A stretch of 64,000 nt of DNA from the NCBI GenBank assembly GCA_963836075.1, contig CAWIIB010000009.1, positions 640,001-704,000 of the forward strand, read 5' to 3'. A program made the translations under genes and the position numbers. How positions within the stretch are numbered: position 1 is the first letter of the stretch; the number at the start of each line of letters is the position of its first letter. This document shows positions 58,327-64,000 of the stretch, piece after piece. The stretch is from an uncultured Acidobacteriota bacterium. Lineage in GTDB: Bacteria > Acidobacteriota > JAQAZP01. Below the pieces are notes generated by a model. That model was not told where the DNA came from. It searched no databases and saw only the letters and a list, made by a program, of their open reading frames with translations.

Positions 58327-60942
58327 ATGTTCAAGAGGAGTCCGGCCCGTACCGCCAGTTCACACTTCATACTCTATCCGGCATTCATACTGCTTGCCGG
58401 CCTGTTCATCATCGGCACGGCCACACCGGCCCTGGCCGGCTACCCTCCCGCAGCGTCGCACCCGCTCTTCGACGGTGATGCCGTCCACGAAATCCACCTG
58501 ACTTTCAGCCAGTCCAACTGGTGGACCCTGCTCGAGGACAACTTCGAGGGCCTGGAGGATCCTCTCTATCTCGAAGCCGACTTCGACTGGGATGGCCTTC
58601 ACCTGGACGACATCGGTGTCCGCTTCAAGGGCAGCAGCAGCTACTACAGCAACCCCACCGACAAGAAGTCGTTCAAACTGGACATCGACGAGTTCGTGGC
58701 CGGCCAGGAGATCTACGGTCTGGACAAGCTGAACCTGAACTGCAACTGGCTCGACCCCAGCGGTGTCCGGGAAAAGTGCATGTACGAACTGGGCTACGCC
58801 GCCGGGCTGCCCACCGAGCGGACCAACTATGCCGCACTCTACATCAACGGTGACTACTGGGGGCTCTACACCATCGTTGAACAGTTCGACGGAGAGTTCA
58901 TCGACAGCCGCTTCGGGTCCGCCCAGGAAGACGGCAACCTCTGGAAGGGGGATGACTACGGCACGCTGGAGTATCTCGGCACGGACCAGACCTCCTACTA
59001 TGGCGACTACGAGCTGAAGACCAATGAGACGGCAAACGACTGGTCGGCCCTGATCGAGCTGACCGACGGCCTGAACAACACGGCCATCGGCGATCTCCCC
59101 GGCGTGATGCACGACCTGATCGACGTGAACTCCGCCCTGGCCCTCATCGCGGTGGACAACCTCTGCGTGAACCTCGACACCTACATCGGCCGCTGTGCCA
59201 ACTACTACCTCTACCACCGGGACCTGGACAGCCGTTTCGTCTTCGCCAACTGGGACCTCAACGAATCGTTCGGCGTCTTCAACATGTACGGGCTGTCGAT
59301 CACTCAGCTGAAGCAGTTGAGCCCCTACTGGACCAACCCGCAGGGGGGCGAGGAACGACCGCTGGCCGAACGGCTCTGGCAGATCCAGGCCTACGATGAC
59401 ATCTATATCGGGCACCTGCAAAAGCTGATGGCCGGCGCCGCCGAACCGGACACCCTGATCGCCCGAATGGAGGAGCTGCGCACCCTGATCCAGCCCCATG
59501 TCTATGCTGAAGTGTCCCCGCGACGGATCTTCACCCCCACCCAGTTCGACAACGCCATGAGCACCGACCAAACCTACGGTTCGGGGGGCCGCCCCCGGCC
59601 CATCCCCGGGCTGGAACCTTTCATCCGTGACCGTGACACCTGGCTCCGAGGCCAGATCGGCACCTGGACGCCGCTTGACGGCCTGGTGATCAACGAACTG
59701 ATGGCCAGCAATTCCAGCACCATGGCTGACGAACATGGCGACTTCGACGACTGGATCGAGATCTACAACGGCGGCACGGAGACCATCGCCCTCACCGGCA
59801 TGAGCCTCACCGACGACTTGAGCGTTCCGGACGCCTATGTCTTCCCCTCGACGTTCCCCGCCACCACCATCGCCCCCGGTGAATACATCATCGTCTGGGC
59901 CGACGACGAGCCGGAAGAAGGGGATTATCACGCCGGGTTCAAACTCAGTGCCGACGGCGAACCCCTCTACCTGCTGGACGGCGGGGTGATCGTCGACGAC
60001 ACCACCTGGCAGCCGCTGGGCCCGGACGTGAGCTGGGGCCGGTGGCCCAACGGCACCGGCGGGTTCAAGACGCTGGGCACGGCCACCCCGGGCGCGGAGA
60101 ACGACGACTCCACCACGCCGGAAGAGGTTGTCCTGTTCATCAACGAGTTCATGGCCGACAACACCAGTTTCATCGAGGACCCGGACGAACCGGGCACCTT
60201 CCCCGACTGGGTGGAGATCTACAACCCCGGCCCGGTGGATGTGGAAATGGAAGGCCTGTTCCTCACCGATGACCTGACCCAGACCACCCAGTGGGCTTTC
60301 CCTGAACTGACCCTTGGCGTCGGCGAGTTTCTGGTACTGTGGTGCGATGATGACGAGGGCGACGGCCCGCTGCACACCAATTTCAAACTGGGCGCCAGTG
60401 GCGAAGAGATCGGCCTGTATGGCCGCATCGCGGCGGGCAACGAACTGATCGACTCCTACACCTTTGGCCAGCAAAACGAAGACGAAAGCGAGGGGCGGGA
60501 GACCGACGGTGCGGCGACCTGGGTCTTCTTCAGCTCACCCACTCCAGGTTCGAGCAACGGAACGGGGGCGTCTTCAACGGTGGCCGCCGAATTGACCTGC
60601 ACACCTTCAGCAGGCACGGTTCCTTTCAGCACCCAGATGGCCGTTACCCTGACCAATCTCTACACCGGCCAGACCCGCCGCATGGCCGGACGGGTCAACG
60701 TAACGATTGCCAGCGGCAACTCCTATACCAGCTGGCGTGCCGGATACACCAACCTCTCGCCCGGTGAGAGCTATGTCACAAACTGGTACCAGACCATTCC
60801 GGCGCTGGGTTCAGTGGTGGGCGACAACCTGTTCAGCCTGGTGGCGGAGGACGTGACTCCGGCCCCGTATAACCAGCCGCCCTACCCCGCGGCAGGCGAC
60901 ACGGCCACGGACGCCTGTATCGTGACCGGCATCGCCCCTTAA
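58327..60942 (+). CDS. Secreted CotH-family kinase + two lamin-tail domains + conserved C-terminal DVTPAPYNQPPYP domain
   Basis: IGVRFKGSSS, KKSFKLD, LYINGDYWGLY, NYYLY, WDLNESFG; INE(L/F)MAxN...DW(I/V)EIYN twice; C-terminal domain at ~60580-60942. Confidence 0.88.
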   Translation: MFKRSPARTASSHFILYPAFILLAGLFIIGTATPALAGYPPAASHPLFDGDAVHEIHLTFSQSNWWTLLEDNFEGLEDPLYLEADFDWDGLHLDDIGVRFKGSSSYYSNPTDKKSFKLDIDEFVAGQEIYGLDKLNLNCNWLDPSGVREKCMYELGYAAGLPTERTNYAALYINGDYWGLYTIVEQFDGEFIDSRFGSAQEDGNLWKGDDYGTLEYLGTDQTSYYGDYELKTNETANDWSALIELTDGLNNTAIGDLPGVMHDLIDVNSALALIAVDNLCVNLDTYIGRCANYYLYHRDLDSRFVFANWDLNESFGVFNMYGLSITQLKQLSPYWTNPQGGEERPLAERLWQIQAYDDIYIGHLQKLMAGAAEPDTLIARMEELRTLIQPHVYAEVSPRRIFTPTQFDNAMSTDQTYGSGGRPRPIPGLEPFIRDRDTWLRGQIGTWTPLDGLVINELMASNSSTMADEHGDFDDWIEIYNGGTETIALTGMSLTDDLSVPDAYVFPSTFPATTIAPGEYIIVWADDEPEEGDYHAGFKLSADGEPLYLLDGGVIVDDTTWQPLGPDVSWGRWPNGTGGFKTLGTATPGAENDDSTTPEEVVLFINEFMADNTSFIEDPDEPGTFPDWVEIYNPGPVDVEMEGLFLTDDLTQTTQWAFPELTLGVGEFLVLWCDDDEGDGPLHTNFKLGASGEEIGLYGRIAAGNELIDSYTFGQQNEDESEGRETDGAATWVFFSSPTPGSSNGTGASSTVAAELTCTPSAGTVPFSTQMAVTLTNLYTGQTRRMAGRVNVTIASGNSYTSWRAGYTNLSPGESYVTNWYQTIPALGSVVGDNLFSLVAEDVTPAPYNQPPYPAAGDTATDACIVTGIAP

Positions 60943-60957
60943 CCCTGGTTTCATTTC

Positions 60958-60991
60958 GGCCGCCCGGTGAGCTGTGGCTACCGGGCGGCCG
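60958..60991 (+). terminator. GC-rich hairpin after the CotH gene
   Basis: ggccgcccggt...accgggcggcc inverted repeat; weak T-tract. Confidence 0.5.
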
Positions 60992-61080
60992 TCATTCCAG
61001 GTCATTGCGAGGTGACTTATAATCGCCCGTATCGCAGAAGCATTGACCAATCACACCAGCCAATCGGGCTGGTTTTCATT

Positions 61081-61135
61081 TTGACAACTTTGTCATCCAG
61101 GCTGAGGGGGTCTGTTCATCCTGGGCTCGTATCCT
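61081..61135 (+). promoter_or_regulatory. Box TTGACA-actt-TGTCAT + TTCAT + -10 TATCCT
   Basis: Copy 4, upstream of the EF-hand/DUF1566 operon. Confidence 0.75.
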
Positions 61136-61180
61136 ATTGATGAGAGTAAGAAACAGATACATCCACAAAAGGAGACCGTC

Positions 61181-61732
61181 ATGAACAACCTCATCAATTC
61201 AGCGATTCTCAGTGCGATCGTGGCACTGCTCCTGCTCCTGGCGGGAAGCAGCGAACTGTATGCCCAGGGCCGCGGCCAGCCCGACGGACCGGGCAGAGGG
61301 ATGCGCCAACCCCCCAGCGTGGACCAGGTCTTCGCCAGGGAAGACGAGGACGGCGACGGCCTGATCAGCCAGGACGAGTTCGGCGGACCGGCCGAGCACT
61401 TCTCCCTCTTCGACACCGACCGCGACGGATACCTGACCCGGGAGGAAGTGACCGCCTCGCTGAAGAACCCTCCCCCGCGCAATGGCGGTGGCGGGCAGGG
61501 CCGCGGCAACGACCCGCGGTCACGGCAGAGTGGCCCCCCCAAGTCGGACTTCACACAGATGGACACAGATGGCGACGGGGTGCTCAGCGCCGAAGAGTTC
61601 ATCGGCCCAGAGGATCTCTTTTCCCTGATCGACGCCGACCAGGACGGTGCGCTCACCGAAGAGGAACTCGACAACGCCCGGGACAGGATCCCTTCACCCG
61701 GGAACGGCAGCCCGCCCGGTCAGGCACGGTGA
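61181..61732 (+). CDS. Secreted EF-hand protein (four Ca-binding loops)
   Basis: Signal peptide; DEDGDGLISQDE, DTDRDGYLTREE, DTDGDGVLSAEE, DADQDGALTEEE. Confidence 0.88.
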   Translation: MNNLINSAILSAIVALLLLLAGSSELYAQGRGQPDGPGRGMRQPPSVDQVFAREDEDGDGLISQDEFGGPAEHFSLFDTDRDGYLTREEVTASLKNPPPRNGGGGQGRGNDPRSRQSGPPKSDFTQMDTDGDGVLSAEEFIGPEDLFSLIDADQDGALTEEELDNARDRIPSPGNGSPPGQAR

Positions 61733-61756
61733 TTCCCTGACCAACGAGGAGTAATC

Positions 61757-64000
61757 ATGAAAAGGAACACCATCACTCCGAAATCAGCTCTACCGGCTGC
61801 GCTGATCGTGCTGCTTCTCCTGGGCGGGAGTGTTCCCGCCCAGGCCCAGGACTCGCCAGTGGTGGACACCGGCCAACTGCTCTGCTACGACGAGCTTGAC
61901 GAAATCACCTGCCCGGCCGAGGGGCAGGCCTTCTTCGGCCAGGACAGCCAGTATGACGGGAGCCAGCCGCTGTTCACCATCAGCGGTGACGGGCTGACCG
62001 TCCACGACCTGGTCACCGGCCTGACCTGGCAGCAGAGCCCGGACACCGACGGGGACGGCACCATCGAATATTCGGACAAGATGTCTTTCCAGGATGCCCA
62101 GAACCGGCCGGCGGCGCTCAACGCCATGAACTACGGCGGCTTCGACGACTGGCGCCTGCCGTCGATCAAGGAGCTCTACTCGCTGATCGATTTCAGCGGC
62201 GTGGACCCCAGCGGTTGGACCGGCAGCACGGCCGGGCTCATCCCCTTCATCGACACCGACTATTTCGGGTTCGAATACGGCGACGAAAGCTCGGGTGAGC
62301 GGATCATCGACTCCCAATACTGGTCGAGCAACGAGTATGTCGGCACCACCATGGGCGGCGACCATACCGTCTTCGGGGTCAACCTGGCCGACGGGAGGAT
62401 CAAGGGCTATGGCACCACACTCTTCGGCAGCGACAAGCTCTCCTTTGTCCAGTGCGTGAGGGGCAATCCCAGCTACGGCGTCAACGACTACACCGACAAC
62501 GGGGACGGCACGGTGACCGACAACGCCACCGGCCTGATGTGGACGCAGGACGACAGCGGCAGCGGCATGTTCTGGGAGGACGCCCTGAACTATGCCGAGA
62601 CCCTCGATTTCGCCGGGCACGAAGATTGGCGGCTGCCCAATGCCAAGGAACTGCAGCTGATCCTCGACTATACCCGTGCGCCCGGCGCCGCCGACCCCGG
62701 ATTCCGCGGCCCGGCCATCGATCAGGTCTTCAGTTGCACCGCGATCACCGACGAGGGGGGCGGTGTCAACTATCCGTTCTACTGGACCGGCACCACCCAT
62801 GCAAACTGGACCGATAACCCCGGCGGGTTCGGGGCCTATGTCTGCTTCGGTGAAGCGCTGGGATGGATGGAGCAGCCGCCCGGCTCCGGCAACTACGTCC
62901 TGATGGATGTCCACGGCGCCGGCTCCCAGCGCAGCGACCCGAAGGCCGGCGACCCCGACGACTGGCCTTACGGCCACGGCCCCCAGGGAGACGTGATCCG
63001 CATCTACAACTTCGTCCGTTGCGTGCGGGACGATGTGGATTTGACCGGCGCGTTTGTCCTCACCGGCCCCGGCCCGGGGTATGACAATTCCGCCCTGGTC
63101 CGGGCGTTTCCGCCGGAGCAGGACGCGGTGCACAGTTCCCAGTTCTTCGCCTATTCACCGGAGCACTACGGGGTCAACGTTACTTCCGGGGATGTGGACG
63201 GCGACCTGCTGGACGAAATCATCACTGGCGCCGGCCCGGGCGATATCTACGGGCCGCACGTGCGCGGTTTCCAGATTGACGGCTCGGCCATCGCCGGGCT
63301 CAGCTTCCTGGCGTACGGGACCAACAAATTCGGCGTGAATGTCGCCGCCGGGGACATTGACGGTGATGGCGACGACGAGATCATCACCGGCGCCGGCCCC
63401 GGCGCGGTCTTCGGCCCGCATGTCCGGGCCTTCAACTACGATGGGACTGGAAACCTTACATCGGTTTCGGGCGTGAACTACTTCGCCTACGGCACACCCA
63501 AGTGGGGTGTGAACGTTGCCGGCGGCGACATCGACGGCGACGGCTATGACGAGATCGTCACCGGTGCCGGCCCGGGCTCGGTCTACGGACCCCACGTCCG
63601 CGGCTGGAACGTGGATGGAGAAGCTGCGACCGCCATCAGTGCGGTGAGCTTCTTCGCCTACGGCACCAACAAGTTCGGGGTCAACGTAACCTGCGGCGAT
63701 CTGGACGGTGACGGCATCGACGAGATCGTCACCGGCGCCGGCCCGGGCAGTGTCTTCGGCGCGCACGTCCGGGGCTGGAACTATGACGGAACTGCGCTCG
63801 CGTCCATTTCAGCGATCAACTTCTTTGCCTGGCCCACTGACCAGGCACGGTACGGCGCGAAACTGTTTGCCGGAACCGACCTGGATGACGACGGAAGGGA
63901 CGAACTGGTGGTCGGCCCGGGACCCGACCCGGAAATGAGTTCACCGGTCAGGGTCTATCAATACGACGGATCGCAGGTCGACATGCTGCTTTCGTTCCAG
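61757..64000 (+). CDS. Secreted DUF1566 (Lcl C-terminal-like) protein with C-terminal FG-GAP-like repeats (3'-truncated; absent from ORF track)
   Basis: GAGGAG RBS; MKRNT...AQA|QDSPVVDTGQLLCYD; VTGLTWQ, DWRLPSIKEL, DWRLPNAKEL; repeats GVNVAAGDIDGDGxDEIITGAGPG in the same frame. Confidence 0.85.
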   Translation, partial: MKRNTITPKSALPAALIVLLLLGGSVPAQAQDSPVVDTGQLLCYDELDEITCPAEGQAFFGQDSQYDGSQPLFTISGDGLTVHDLVTGLTWQQSPDTDGDGTIEYSDKMSFQDAQNRPAALNAMNYGGFDDWRLPSIKELYSLIDFSGVDPSGWTGSTAGLIPFIDTDYFGFEYGDESSGERIIDSQYWSSNEYVGTTMGGDHTVFGVNLADGRIKGYGTTLFGSDKLSFVQCVRGNPSYGVNDYTDNGDGTVTDNATGLMWTQDDSGSGMFWEDALNYAETLDFAGHEDWRLPNAKELQLILDYTRAPGAADPGFRGPAIDQVFSCTAITDEGGGVNYPFYWTGTTHANWTDNPGGFGAYVCFGEALGWMEQPPGSGNYVLMDVHGAGSQRSDPKAGDPDDWPYGHGPQGDVIRIYNFVRCVRDDVDLTGAFVLTGPGPGYDNSALVRAFPPEQDAVHSSQFFAYSPEHYGVNVTSGDVDGDLLDEIITGAGPGDIYGPHVRGFQIDGSAIAGLSFLAYGTNKFGVNVAAGDIDGDGDDEIITGAGPGAVFGPHVRAFNYDGTGNLTSVSGVNYFAYGTPKWGVNVAGGDIDGDGYDEIVTGAGPGSVYGPHVRGWNVDGEAATAISAVSFFAYGTNKFGVNVTCGDLDGDGIDEIVTGAGPGSVFGAHVRGWNYDGTALASISAINFFAWPTDQARYGAKLFAGTDLDDDGRDELVVGPGPDPEMSSPVRVYQYDGSQVDMLLSFQ

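Overview
GC-rich bacterial window (diderm-like; taxon not determinable from sequence alone) with no rRNA, tRNA, CRISPR array or intact mobile element. Contents in order: secreted multidomain proteins, an hsp20-hsp20-dnaJ-like operon, Ni-SOD/nitroreductase, an acyl-CoA synthetase/ThDP enzyme/semialdehyde dehydrogenase operon, AsmA, a TPR sensor kinase-FixJ-type system, a four-times frameshifted aceE, modEABC, a selenocysteine (UGA) peroxiredoxin, a nitrogen-oxide island (porin, octaheme HAO-like cytochrome, Rrf2, DUF438/DUF1858, Ric, TetR, qNor, hemerythrin), a C69 dipeptidase and a CusRS-like two-component locus with downstream targets. The strongest candidate novelty is a ~120-aa C-terminal domain (motif DVTP[AS]P[YF]NQPPYPxxGD) shared by four unrelated secreted proteins, plus a fifth degenerate copy. 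It looks like an uncharacterised sorting/anchoring module. Second is a promoter architecture (ATGACA-N4-TGTCAT, N18, TTCA[TG], N10, -10 box) repeated four times with identical spacing, defining a regulon for the CusRS-like pair. Family assignments are from motif recognition, not database searches.
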